Assembly: GCA_964304625.1 (NCBI GenBank)
Contig: OZ199838.1
Coordinates: 9,141,245 to 9,205,244, forward strand
Origin: Kudoa neothunni
Taxonomy: Eukaryota > Animalia > Cnidaria
Reading direction: 5' to 3'
Length of the DNA stretch: 64,000 nucleotides
The notes beneath the pieces were generated by a model. It worked only from the letters and a program-made list of their open reading frames with translations, had not been told where the DNA came from and did not search any database. Both the position numbers and the translations under genes were made by a program. Position 1 is the first letter of the stretch. Each line of letters opens with the position of its first letter. Of the stretch, positions 38,882 to 50,589 are shown one piece after another.

Positions 38882-39467
38882 CAGGGGTTCTCGACCGTTT
38901 TTTTCAAATTTACCCCCTCATCCTGGTGATCCTGGTGAAAAATCCAAATTTATCCCTATACGTTGGAAACCAAATTCATATTCGCTTCAGATTTTATATT
39001 GTTTTAGAAATGGCAGAGATTATTCACTTGGTAAATTCTATTCCTAAAAGGCATTTACGCTTGTGTAATGACAATTTTTATTCCTATCAACTCTAATTCG
39101 TAAGCTGTCTACAGATTTAATTTTATTAGATTTTTCTATATTAAATTATTTCTGACCTGTCTTTCCCTCTTAGGGGTCAGAGATAATCAGAAATAGTCAA
39201 AACTAGTGACACTTAAATATTATTTACCACGCAAATGGCAACTTTAAGTATTTTGTTAGGTTACATCACTAAAAAACAAATGAGTCATACAAGAGACCGT
39301 TTATAGTTTTATAAATATTTGTTAAATATCTACCAATTTATTATTGAGTTTAATAATCCCGAATAATATAATTCCTTAGAAATCCATCGGTACGTCATAA
39401 ACCGCATTCTGGAAGAATTACCCCTATCCAATTTTGATGTTATTTAATTTACCACCGGTTGAGAAAC
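38882..39467. mobile_element. hAT MITE
   Basis: CAGGGGTTCTCGACCG left end and CCGGTTGAGAAAC right end (terminal bases lost). Perfect 8-bp TSD CATTAAGA. Confidence 0.8.
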
Positions 39468-40518
39468 CATTAAGATGTTCATATTTGTTTTAAGGATTCC
39501 CCATAATATTTATCTCAAACAATTAAGAGTACTGAAAATTTCAGTATTCATCAACACCGCTACCCAGGGGGTCCAAAGCTTGTTTTTTCCGTCAGCCTCG
39601 GGTTTTTTCATTTATGTACAAAACTAAGTTTTTATTAAATAAAATCAGGTTATTTTTAATAATAAAATTAAATTAAAAATTAAAAAGAATCACAAATTAT
39701 TCATGGTTTCACAACTAAACCAAAATAAAACTGTATAATCCCTCGAGTGCGTCTCATATTTTGGGAAGGTAGCACGCTTTCTCCAAAGCGTTGCCTCGGT
39801 ATTGCGGTTTCACTCATTAGTTATTGACGTCATTTTATTTTATTCAGTATTTTATAGGATTTTTTAATTAACTTAACTATTATACTATATTATTCTGACA
39901 GTATTTGAAGAATTTTCTCTTTAATAAATGCCATGAAAATAAAGCGAACCAACTTATTGAAAGGGAAAACAATAAAATTCAAGCGGTTTTCATAGCTTCT
40001 ACTCGGACTTATTAATATCTTCACAAAACGAAATCCCACAAAAAACAATTATAAGAAGTGAGCGATGGAGCCGTAAGTCAAGGATATGTTGTCAACTTAA
40101 AATATTAGAGAAAATCTGACACAAAAATCAGGACAAGGGTATGATAATCGACCGATAGCCAAGACCAGAAAAAAGGGTTCAATATTATTTTATTTTTCCG
40201 AATATTATACTTTTAATTCTTCGGTTGTTTAAAAAATACCGGTAGACGCCCTGCCATACATTATCGGGCGATGCTAGGATTCCGCGCCAGTTAATCGATA
40301 AAGACGCGTACATAAACTCATCGTTATCAATTACAGTGCAGCCTTAGGCTTCGACCATGATCCGTTTTTAAAGTGTGCTCGAACTCAGAATAATTTTTTC
40401 CCATACAAAATATTGAAAATTAGTTTGGTCTGTTATTACTCATCAAATAAATGACTATTTTTTCTTATTTATTGAAAAAAATGTATAAATCTTTTATATA
40501 AAATATAAGAAATAAATA

Positions 40519-41710
40519 CAGTAGGCAACCGATATTACGCACTTTCGTCGATGTGATGTATTCAAAGTATATATTGGATGAAACGTTATATAATATTTTT
40601 GTGATTGTAAAAAGATACAGTCTTAAAAATATTTACGAATTAAATTAGGAAATTATCAATCGGTTGTATCACATGACTAACAGATAATACACACTTTTTT
40701 CGGCCAAAACACGTAGATTAAGTTGTTTTTATTAGAAACGAGGGAAAAATTTTAATTCTGACGGTTGAATTTTTGAACGAATAGAAAAGTTTTTTGAGAT
40801 ATCTAGTAAAAAAAGTGGTCATTTCCATGAAAATGAAAATTTATTTCAAGACAATGTTAGTTGAAAATTAAAGAATAGTATAGATGCACACAAATAAATA
40901 TTTTACGATTAAAATAGAAAAAACATTTTCATATTATGCTAAAAAATGCATAAGAAATAAAATAAAATTTATAATTTTTTAGAATTGACCATGTACTAAC
41001 TTTTATCCCAATGTAAAAAGATATAAATAGGGATCGTAGTTTTCGATTAAAATCGATTTTAATCGTCGAATTTTAAATAAAGTTTCGACGTTTATTTCCC
41101 GGGAAAATTCGAAATTTTGTGAAAAAATTGAAATGGGTAGTAACCGGAGAGAAATTAATAATTTCTTTGTTGAATAGATCGACACAGAGCAGGTGGGAAA
41201 TAAATTTTCTGATAAATATTGCAACGTGAAATTATCCCTACAACAAAATAGAATTTACAAGAAAACAAAAGAAACATCGTTAAAAAGCGCATCAAGACAT
41301 TTCTCTTCCAGTTACTGTTGTAGAGATAGAAAAAAATAACAAATTTGAGAAAAATTAGGTTTCTGTTATTGTTCTCGACGTTATTCCACTATCGCTATTT
41401 GATAAGAAAAGATTTTTATAAGGAGCTCTCTTTCAAATTTTTTTAATATATGTAATGTTTTAACATTTACGCGTGCGTATTATTAGGTTGACCAAAATAT
41501 ACGTCGAAAACTACGATCCCTAGATATAAATATTTTACCAATAAATATGATTAAAACAAAAATTGCGAGTTATTTATCGGGCCAATATTTCTAATAATGT
41601 TTTTTATTCCAATTAAATAAAAGGTGTAATACCTATGCTGAAAAATAAAAAAACACAAAAAAATAATAACTCCGCACGCATTTTTAGTGCGAATTATCGG
41701 TTGCTTATTG
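40519..41710. mobile_element. pogo/Tc1-mariner MITE (middle element of a nest)
   Basis: TA|CAGTAGGCAACCGATATTACGCACT vs right-end rc TA|CAATAAGCAACCGATAATTCGCACT. Confidence 0.85.
41028..41522. mobile_element. hAT MITE (inner element of a nest)
   Basis: Perfect 19-bp TIR TAGGGATCGTAGTTTTCGA and perfect 8-bp TSD GATATAAA. Confidence 0.93.
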
Positions 41711-42104
41711 TATTAAATATAATTATAAATATGAAATATAGGATAAATATTTTTTGATGGCGTTTGCACAATTTGATAGAGCGAATGTTCTTCTAGAGGT
41801 TCTTCAGTCGGCTGTGTTTGCTCACACTGGATATGTTCCAAATACCGTTTCTATATGTGTTCGAACTCCGAGGTTGTACTGTATATAATTTCAATTAAAA
41901 ATTCTTATTATATCTTACATTATGTAGCCTAAGAGTCACGTAATAAAACTATTAAATTATGTTAAGCGCGTATGTTATGTGAGCTTAAAAACAATATTTT
42001 ATCATGCGCAGGAAATAGCACCAATATTTTTAACTCTACAAGTAATAAAGTTCAGCAGTTAAAAATAATCGACGCAACAAAATTTTTTTTATCAAATTTG
42101 TTAA

Positions 42105-42651
42105 CTAATCCATATGACGATGGCCTAATCTTCCAGGGTGGCATTTGTCAGTGACGGACACATCATATTGAATTTGTAGATTGGGATAGGATTCACCTTT
42201 CATTAGGTAATAGTAATTCCTGCATTTTGGGCACTGTGAACGGTTATTTCTGAAAAGGATAATTTGAGGATGGCTTGAATTGGTACACATGCAAGGAACA
42301 GTCATCACCGAATCCATATGAGTGATAACAATTGGATTGTCAAGAGAACCTCTGAACCTTTTAGGTTCCACATAGAGTGGTTCGAGTATTTCCCGATTGC
42401 TATCTTTGACTGCTCTATCTTGTTCAAAGAGTAGCGGCTCTTTTGACGCAGGGTCAAAAAAAGAAACTGGTCTAAATTTTTGGTATACTAAAAAAGTCAG
42501 AATTATTTAGTGTATCAAGTCATTCGTAGTAGTGCGTGGCAATAACGGCACACATACTAGGATTGGATGTGCTTTTCAACACCTTAAATGACCAAAACTG
42601 TTCTACATATGGGAACCACGTTTGGAACCAATGCGATCTCACAAGCGACAT
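42105..42651 (-). CDS. COX5B: Cytochrome c oxidase subunit 5B; exons 42651-42558 and 42487-42105
   Basis: GSLDNPIVI..TVPCMC..RSQCPKCRNYYYL matches the COX5B zinc site (G...P..V...V.CxC...CPxC..Y.L). A phase-1 GTATGT..TTTTAG intron gives an open 158-aa frame. Confidence 0.82.
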
Positions 42652-42722
42652 TAGTGGCGAAATTAGATTCTGCGCATAAAATACAAATTTAAAAATCACG
42701 CATGCGTATAATATAAAAAATG

Positions 42723-44497
42723 TCAATTGCTTAGTATTAGACTATATCTAACATCATCATTAACGTCACATAGAAAAAATCTTCCGTTGTAAGAGAGTGA
42801 AGCATATTTGAAGGCGTCCGCATTTGAAAACACAGAACAATACACAGTATCCTCGTGTGAATCATTTACGTCCAATACGACACTATTAATATTTTGGTTA
42901 ATAATTGGCTTATCTCTATTAATTAGAATTATTTTGTTTGCAATATAAATATATAAGCTCACCCATGATTTTTATATTCATTAAATTTTAATTCCTCATT
43001 TTTCGAGTCAGAACTGATCAGTAAAAGTTTCGAGGTTGAATCACTACTGGCAGTTGTTATCAGTTGATCATAACAATTATCATATTTGACACTCCATACA
43101 CTAAATAAAGATTTCGTTTCATAAATATTAAATAAAGTCATTTTACCAGTGAGAATGCACTGGAAAACTCTCAATAGGATTTGCACAGTTGCGGCAATCC
43201 CAAAACTTTATCGAGCCATCTTCAGAAGAGGTGACAAAGTGAAACGCATTACCAGAACTTAAATCCAGATTCAAAGTTCTGTTTATAGGATTTCCTGTTG
43301 AAAATTGTAAACTATTCCTATTCGTTGTGATGAGTGTATCGTGAGACTCAATTTAAGCTATTGCATACTTGTTTGCTCTAGTGTCCCAAATAGTCAGGGT
43401 GTTATTTGACGATATACTGTAGAAAATGGTGGATCCATGGTGGATACGCCAACATCCACCAATAAAGTTTTCCCCACGATAATAATCGCATTCGAAACTG
43501 TGTTCTTGCTATAGCAATAAGCAATAAATAAATTAATACGGGATAATTTGAAAAAACGTCCATTCACAATAATGTTTTTAATATTTGAACTATGGTGAAT
43601 GGAAATGATTAACTTCTGCACTTACATTTATACCACCGTCCCCATTTAGTGAATAAATTTCTAGATTGTTTTTCGAGATGGAACAAAAACGATAAATATG
43701 TAATTGATTCCATAATATTCTAATGAAAACAAAAATCAAATAATATTTTTATTCAAAAGTTACTTTATGGGTATATTAGACGGAACATCTACAATTTTTT
43801 CAATCTCTCCGGTCGGATTGTTAGTTTGATTCTTCTCTTGCAATTGCCAAAGGGTTGATTTCATTTCTTTGGAACCTACACATTTGTTAATATACATATG
43901 TTTTTATCGGATCAATAATACTGTCAGCATAGCATGTACTCAAAAATTGTTTATCGCTTTTACATGTGGAAATATCCCTTTATATTTATGATGAAATTAG
44001 AACTTATATAGCTCTACTATCTAATCTACCATATGGTTCCTACATCGTGCTCGAATTGTGTTTTCCTTAATGTATTGCTCTCCTCGCAATATTCAACCAT
44101 TAAAACCTAACCTAATTAGTTATACAGAGATGCGATGTGGATTCTACTCTTTTGGTATTTTTTAAACATTGTGTTCCAATTAAAAATTTGCAGCTATTTT
44201 CCTCCCAAACACAAGGTGTTAGACATCTAGACTTGTACAATTGACCGATTTGTCCAGTGAATTTAAAATCAATATATACTGGTGCGTCAGTGCCACAGAC
44301 CAGTTTATTTGATGATAACGACTGTTTCTCATTCATCACGGTCTTTACGTCTTTACTGGTGGTGAGTTTGCGCAATGAATTGATTAGTGGTTGCAAGTTT
44401 TGATATTTTAATATTTTTAGCTATGGTTTAATTGGATAATTTTTGTTATCAAATTAATGAATTATTCAACCGATTTGACAAAATCATCTTTCTTCAT
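42723..44497 (-). CDS. EIPR1: EARP/GARP-interacting WD40 protein (TSSC1), multi-exon; start uncertain
   Basis: SRCLTP..KFLIGTQCLK, HDVGTIW|DIS..LSTCY, VWSVKY..DQLITTASSDS and C-terminal HEDTVY..FSNADAFKYASLSYNGR..VRYSLILSN* are collinear with the EIPR1 sequence as I recall it. Confidence 0.88.
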
Positions 44498-45329
44498 ATA
44501 GAGGAGTGTCGATGGAGGAATTGGAACTCCAAATTAAGGAGATCCATTTTTGGATGTTTGACAGAGAAGATTTATAATTTTTATGTTTTTAAATAAAATA
44601 TTTAAATTAAAGTCATCCAAAATTAAAAGTAGGCATACAACCTCAGTTGTAAAAATGGTATAAATCAACTCTTCTCAACGAGAGGAGTTTGATCACAATT
44701 GAAAATAATTTTTGATAACTTTTTTAGAATAAACTATCGATTTTTATATTAGATAATCGTAAAAACTTGATTAATATGGGATTACTTTTCCTAGTTTTAT
44801 CAGTTTTCATTTTCTTCCAATTAAATATAATGGGGAATATTATATGAGGCGCGGTTTATTCAAAAAATTAATGAGTAAAAACTTTTAGTTTTAATATCAG
44901 AAGCGATTTTAAAACGGAAAAACATCATTTAGATTTGACAAAATTCTAGTGATCTATAACGCATAATAAAAGATCCGTAGCCGTGTTTTTCCTAGTGAAT
45001 GCAAAGTCAGAAAATGGAGTGAAAATTACATTGTTTATTGCCTTATAAAAGTGGTTATCAGTGGAGTGAAAAACATAGTGTACACTTGGTCGTATTATCC
45101 TTGCAAATTCTAAACTCAAACCGTCCAAACTTGGTAAACGAATACTTTTAGACAAAACATGAAAGAAGATACCAGAGAATAATCCCGAATTCTTAAAGAC
45201 TAAAAGTAACTTTTTTGATATCAGACGAGCTCTCTCTCTAAGCTAGAATTTACATCGTTTGAGAATTTACAGTTAATTGCTTAATTTAAAATTATGCATG
45301 GGGTTTCGAAAATTAAGGAACCTTTCTCA

Positions 45330-46020
45330 AACCATGTGTGGAGAGTACAATTTTTAACCTTAGGGAAGAAAAGATGGGAAAACTTCAAAATATTTCGTTA
45401 TCAAATATCCAATGATGTCATCAGGAATAGAATCGATGGCGGTAGTGTTGATTTATTCAATCGGCATTGATTTAGACATCGAAACATCACCTTTTAAGAT
45501 GATTATTACAATAGATGAAACAACCGATTTTTTATAAGTTCTAATTATCAAATTGCCTTTTTTCGTTATATTAAAGGTAATGTTATCGAGAAAGATTTCC
45601 TATTCCATAAAGAGATGAAGATAGCGACAATTGCAATGGACGTATTTTATAAGACGAAGAGATTTTTTGATTAAAATGTTTTCCCTTTGGACGTTATAGA
45701 GTCCATATGCACGGATTGTGCTCCTAACACGTTAAGATACCGGGCAGGCTTTGTTGCACTTATGAGAATAAAATCCATTAAGTTAAATTGACTCATTGTA
45801 TTATTCGTTAACACATCTAAATGTCAAAATTTTGTCCGTTACATTGAAAAATGTTCTCGATTATTGTATTAAAATCGTGAATTTATCAGAGAAAGAGCAT
45901 TCAATCATAGGCTTTTCAAGTCCTTTGCCATACTTTCGATAATAACGCTGTCGTCTTATTTTTTCATACCGAAGTTAAATGGTTTTCTCGAAGTTTTGGC
46001 AGGATTTTTTAATCTGAGAA
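45330..46020 (+). pseudogene. Decayed hAT (Buster/ZBED5/SCAND3-like) transposase
   Basis: Fragments SNDVIRNRID, IDETTD, ICTDCAP..AGFVALM, THCII and FHTEVKWFSR, with stops and frameshifts. Confidence 0.75.
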
Positions 46021-46749
46021 AATTCGTTCGTTTTTATTAACCCGAAGGGGTTAAACTCTGTCTTAAAACTGACAAAATTTTAAACTTAAATATACATAAA
46101 GATTCAATTTATTTAAAGGAGTAGAAAAACTGACTTAAAAATATGGAAGATTTCGTTATAGAGAAATTTATAAGCACAAAGACATTTCGTTAAATATTCA
46201 CGCGCGCGCATGTTGAATTCATTCGCTTTTTTAAGGTACTTTCTAGAATTGATTCCTTAATAAATGACCTAATAATCATAATTAATTAGAAACAAAAATT
46301 TTAAATTAGTTTTACTGGTTTCATCATTTATTGTTCTAAAAAGAAAATTCAATTTTTTAATGTGTGATCTTTCTTATAATGAAAGTTTGTTTACAAACAT
46401 TTGAAATTAAATAATTTAAAATGTATAATAGTGATTTTTTATGTATAAATAATAGTTGTAGTCATCGTAGGAAGTTCGAAATAGTGTATTTTGATATTAC
46501 AACTAAGGAAATAAGGTTGGTCAACACCTTGCTCAAAAAAATTTCTCACCATATATTTAGCGTCTATTCAACTGATTCAAACAGTAGCAAAACATTCTAA
46601 AATACGTTTTTATCCTATAAATATAAATATATATACGAAAAAATTATTTTATGACCAAATATCAAATTATATAAGGTATTTCCGTACTTGCATTGTGGTG
46701 TAGTTGAATTTGGAATTTATGAAATGAGATTTGAATTGTTGATTATAGA

Positions 46750-48159
46750 TATGAGAAATTGCTACTTTACGAACTCGCTAATAGTTGTATATGTGTGGCT
46801 GGTGTGCGGAATTTTTCATCTACACAAATTGGAAAGGATAAATATTGATGCTATGAGACAAATTTTAAAAAATGTAAATCTAACGAATGATCAGTTGAAC
46901 GTACTACTAAATTCAGAAAATGATTCGCCCAATTCCAACCTAACTTCATCTAATAAGGGTTTTTCTTATCGATTGTAATCTTGTATCTAAATGGCTTTTT
47001 TTAGGCGAAACTCTCGGTAATGTGACCTCTGGTCAAAAAGAACTTACCAAGGAAGGATTTTCAGTTGTTAACGAAAACTTTAAAGAATACGACAATCTTA
47101 ATAATTTACCAGACGCGAATTCATTGAATTCAAAATTGTTAGAGTACATCAATCAAAACCAAAACGACATTGTCAATGTATCTGGAGAATATGTTTCAAC
47201 CAAAACGACCATTGTGCCTCAATCTCCACAAAACTCAACTAACACCGACGTGTTATTAAACATGCCACCTGAAAAGATCCAAAACTTATTATACAAACTA
47301 AACGGTAGCTCCTTATTCGGTAGTGTAAATGGATCAACGACGACTGCTACACCAACTTTAACGACATCAACAACAGCAACCATGGCTAATGCACCCTCCT
47401 CTACCCACGAAACTACCACTAACAGCAATTATGATAGTCTAATGACCACTCCTCAACCAACAACTGAAAATGTTACTAATGGGCCTATTGTTTATTTTAC
47501 CAATCAATCTAGCCCTTCAAACATCGTTAATGTAACAAGATATTTCTCAGAAATAAATTTTTTATCATTTATTTAGTTGCCGGATGTAGACAACAAATTA
47601 GATGCGGTTCAAAAATTTCAACTAAAAAAATACCCAGATGGAAGTTATATTTTGATCCCCCTTAAAGAGAAGCCAGAAAATAAAACCATTGAATTTCAAA
47701 TTACTAACGCCGATGGATCAAAGAAAAGTGAACCGCATTCACAGCCAGAGGTGCAAGAAAAGGCGTCAAACAGACAAAGCTTGCAAATATCCACACTAGC
47801 TCAAGCACTTTATAGTCCCTTCAGTGCAGACAAAAATGCGCTACATCTTAATCTTAAAGGAAAAGATGGTAGAGAAGGGAAATCAGGTCCAAAAGTAGAT
47901 GTTAGTAGCGACTTGGATTGTTATATGATTTGTGTTGATTAGGGTCCTCCAGGACCAGTTGGACCCGAAGGACCAATAGGACCGAAAGGTGACAAAGGAG
48001 AGCCTGGCAGCTGTAAAAGAGTGGTAAGTTTTTGCAACTCGAATATGTCGGTGTTTTACAGTATTTTAATTAAAGGTCCCAGGGATGTATCCGTGCTCGA
48101 ATGATGAAATTGAAAAAATTAATTTCCAAGTTGATTACCTCGAAAGAGTTTGTCTCAAA
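46750..48159 (+). CDS. Secreted protein 5' part: signal peptide, N/S/T-rich stalk, 12 Gly-X-Y repeats, Cys-containing neck; 3' linkage unresolved
   Basis: Exons about 46750-46957, 47005-47530, 47577-47894, 47943-48023 and 48076-48159. GKDGREGKSGPK|GPPGPVGPEGPIGPKGDKGEPGSC, then CSNDEIEKINFQVDYLERVCLK. Confidence 0.75.
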
Positions 48160-48684
48160 GTAAGCTTTTAGTTTTAACATATTCCACTAATCAGCTGCAC
48201 TTATATCTAAGTTCCTAGTAAACAGTTGAATAAACATAGCCATCCCTTCAACTCATTATTGTTATGTAAAAGATGAGTGATCCAAGCTATTACCATCTAT
48301 ATTTGAACCTTTATCTTGTTGCTACTTTCAATATGTAAGATAATCTGCATGCAGTCCATCATGAAGCTCATCGTTCGAATGTATAACAAAGTTAAATAAT
48401 TTGATTTATGCTTACGTAATAAATTTTAAATTATTTTTTTAATACACCATCGTTTGGTAGGCGTGATGATTCGATAATAGAGTCTATGTGGTTAAAGGTT
48501 ATGTGTTTTTCCGTGACTAAATAAGCACTTCTGGGGCATTACAGTTGGTAATATGAGCTGCATTTAGAAATAGATGAGTTTTAGGTCGAGATCGAGTTTA
48601 AAACAGAATATATGTAGGAAAAGGGATATTATGAATTTATAAATTTGTATTGTTGAAATTTAAGATCTAATAATATTTATCAAG

Positions 48685-49653
48685 GTATTGCCACCACTTC
48701 CATTTGTGCCCCAAGGGGAATTAGGTAGCGAAACCAACCCTCCTCCCAATTGTCAAGCTATTTATGAAGCAGACCCAAATGCTAAAAGTGGGTCATATTG
48801 GCTTATGGTGAATGGAATAAAATTTAAAGTAATTATTACAAAATATTTATAAAACATACGACAGTTAACAATAATAAAATAACATCAACGCTTACTCCGC
48901 ATATAGACAGTCTAATGCCCGAATTTAATTAAAGAGTAACATAATAGGATAGGTTTTGTTAGGAACTAAGCAGTATTACTAATTTAATACATTGTATGTG
49001 ATTGTTTTCAGACAAAATGTGTTTTTGACAAAAAAAACAACAAAGGTTGGAGTCTGGTTGGTAGAGTGGATGGACAAGGCTATGAATTTTCAGCGGTATC
49101 TAACGCATGGGCTGACACCTCGGTTATCAATCCAGAGACCGCCGCTGACGATGATACTCAAACTACAATGAAATCACACGCTTGGTTTCTGCTGAAAAAT
49201 AATGCAATCAATGTGTGTTTTGACGGACCGAATAAAGATTGTGCTACCTTCACTCACAACCTAGGAATCACACTTTCCAACCTTTTTGAAAATCAATACG
49301 GCATTGTGGTGGACGAAAAATGGACTTTTGAACGATTTCTTGCCAAAATTGGAAAATCATGCAATCTAAAACGAATGAATAAATATTGGTGTGGATTAAA
49401 CATGGCTAACATTTGTCATCCGGAGGACTTCAATCCTAACCTCAACCCTACCAATCACATAGTTCGTATTGGTTGTATAGGTGAAGATGAACTCACCTGT
49501 ACACCTGATGATTATGCTGTTGGAATAGGTGTTACTAGTTGCTACGATGGTTATGGTTGTAAGAGAGTTGGACCAAACACTCCCAGTATGCATTGGGCTT
49601 GTGACCCTTTCTTCGGGATCTTGGAACAAATTGCTTACATCTACGTCAGCTGA
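48685..49653 (+). CDS. Fibrinogen-related (COLFI/FReD-like) domain, isoform A; exons 48685-48828 and 49012-49653
   Basis: LGSETNPPPNCQAIYEADPNAKSGSYWL..FK|TKCVF..GWSLVGRVDG..IVRIGCIG..C..DDYAVGIG..AYIYVS*. From memory this resembles the cnidarian USOMP5-like family. Confidence 0.75.
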
Positions 49654-49911
49654 GCCACATCATTATTACTGTCTAACATTACAAAATATTTTGTTATCTG
49701 TATCATATAATTTAGTTACTGATTTTTTTAATATTTTAAGCAAATACTGCAGTTATTCTACCGATTTTTACGGTTACAAATTTTGTGTGTGTATATATGG
49801 GAGGTTGGTAGGAGGAGAAAGCGTTGAGTTAGTTTGGTAGTAGTAGTAGTATGAATTCTTAAAATCAACTATAATATCAATGTATATAAAAACTAACTTA
49901 ACTGACAATAG

Positions 49912-50589
49912 ACTTGGTGTGAATTTATTCCAGGCAGTGGTTCTGGTGGTGATGATGAAGCCATTCCCCAACCTGGAGGTTGGACCCTCATTGCACGTAT
50001 CAATGGTATGGACACTGACTGGTCTCCTATTTCAGAAAATTGGATCAACAATTCATCTTTTAATGAAGATTCTGCCTACAATATTGACGCTTCTTCATCC
50101 ATGAAAACAACCGGTTACAGCCAACTCATTTCAAACGTTATTTTGGTTTGTTTCAGTGGTTACAACACGGGATGTGCACCGTTCACCCACAATAAAAATG
50201 TTGCAACAAGTGAACTGTTTAAAAGATTTTTTGGTATTATTCCCGAAGAACAATACACATTTGCAACATTGATGAAATCATTCGGGAAAAGCTGCGATCT
50301 TTCTGCTATGAGACAAAGTTGGTGCGGAATGAATTTGGCTAACGTGTGCAATATCCATGGAGCTGATCCCAACGAAAAACCACCCAGAACCACTCACATT
50401 GTTAGAATAGGCTGTATTGGAGATAAGACCGCGACTTGCTTCCCCGACGATTATGCTATAGGTATAGGTGTCACTAGCTGTAAGGATGGTTTTGGTTGCA
50501 ACAATGTAGGTGACTCTAAAAATCTTCATTATCGCTGCGACTACGTATTTGGGGCATTCTCACAAACAGCCTTTGTCTATATCAAGTGA
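49912..50589 (+). CDS. Second paralogous terminal exon of the fibrinogen-related domain (isoform B)
   Basis: CTAAC branch site (about 49893) and AG at 49910-49911. Phase-0 exon TWCEF..GGWTLIARING..HIVRIGCIGD..C.PDDYAIGIGVTSC.DGFGC..AFVYIK*, collinear with exon 49012-49653. Confidence 0.75.
   Translation, partial: TWCEFIPGSGSGGDDEAIPQPGGWTLIARINGMDTDWSPISENWINNSSFNEDSAYNIDASSSMKTTGYSQLISNVILVCFSGYNTGCAPFTHNKNVATSELFKRFFGIIPEEQYTFATLMKSFGKSCDLSAMRQSWCGMNLANVCNIHGADPNEKPPRTTHIVRIGCIGDKTATCFPDDYAIGIGVTSCKDGFGCNNVGDSKNLHYRCDYVFGAFSQTAFVYIK

Larger units (their letters stand above)
40334..41881. mobile_element. Tigger-like MITE (outer element of a nest)
   Basis: TA|CAGTGCAGCCTTAGGCTTCGACC vs right-end rc TA|CAGTACAACCTCGGAGTTCGAAC. 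Confidence 0.7.

Noticed and set aside
42520-42752. EIPR1-COX5B fusion via a GTTAGA donor in the last EIPR1 exon to the acceptor at 42670
   Set aside because: It is in frame, but it would delete VRYSLIL, which corresponds to the conserved EIPR1 C-terminus, and would bury the COX5B presequence. Not excluded without cDNA.
46750-50589. Calling the collagen locus nematogalectin or minicollagen
   Set aside because: No galactose-binding (SUEL) lectin domain, polyproline stretches or minicollagen Cys-rich domains.
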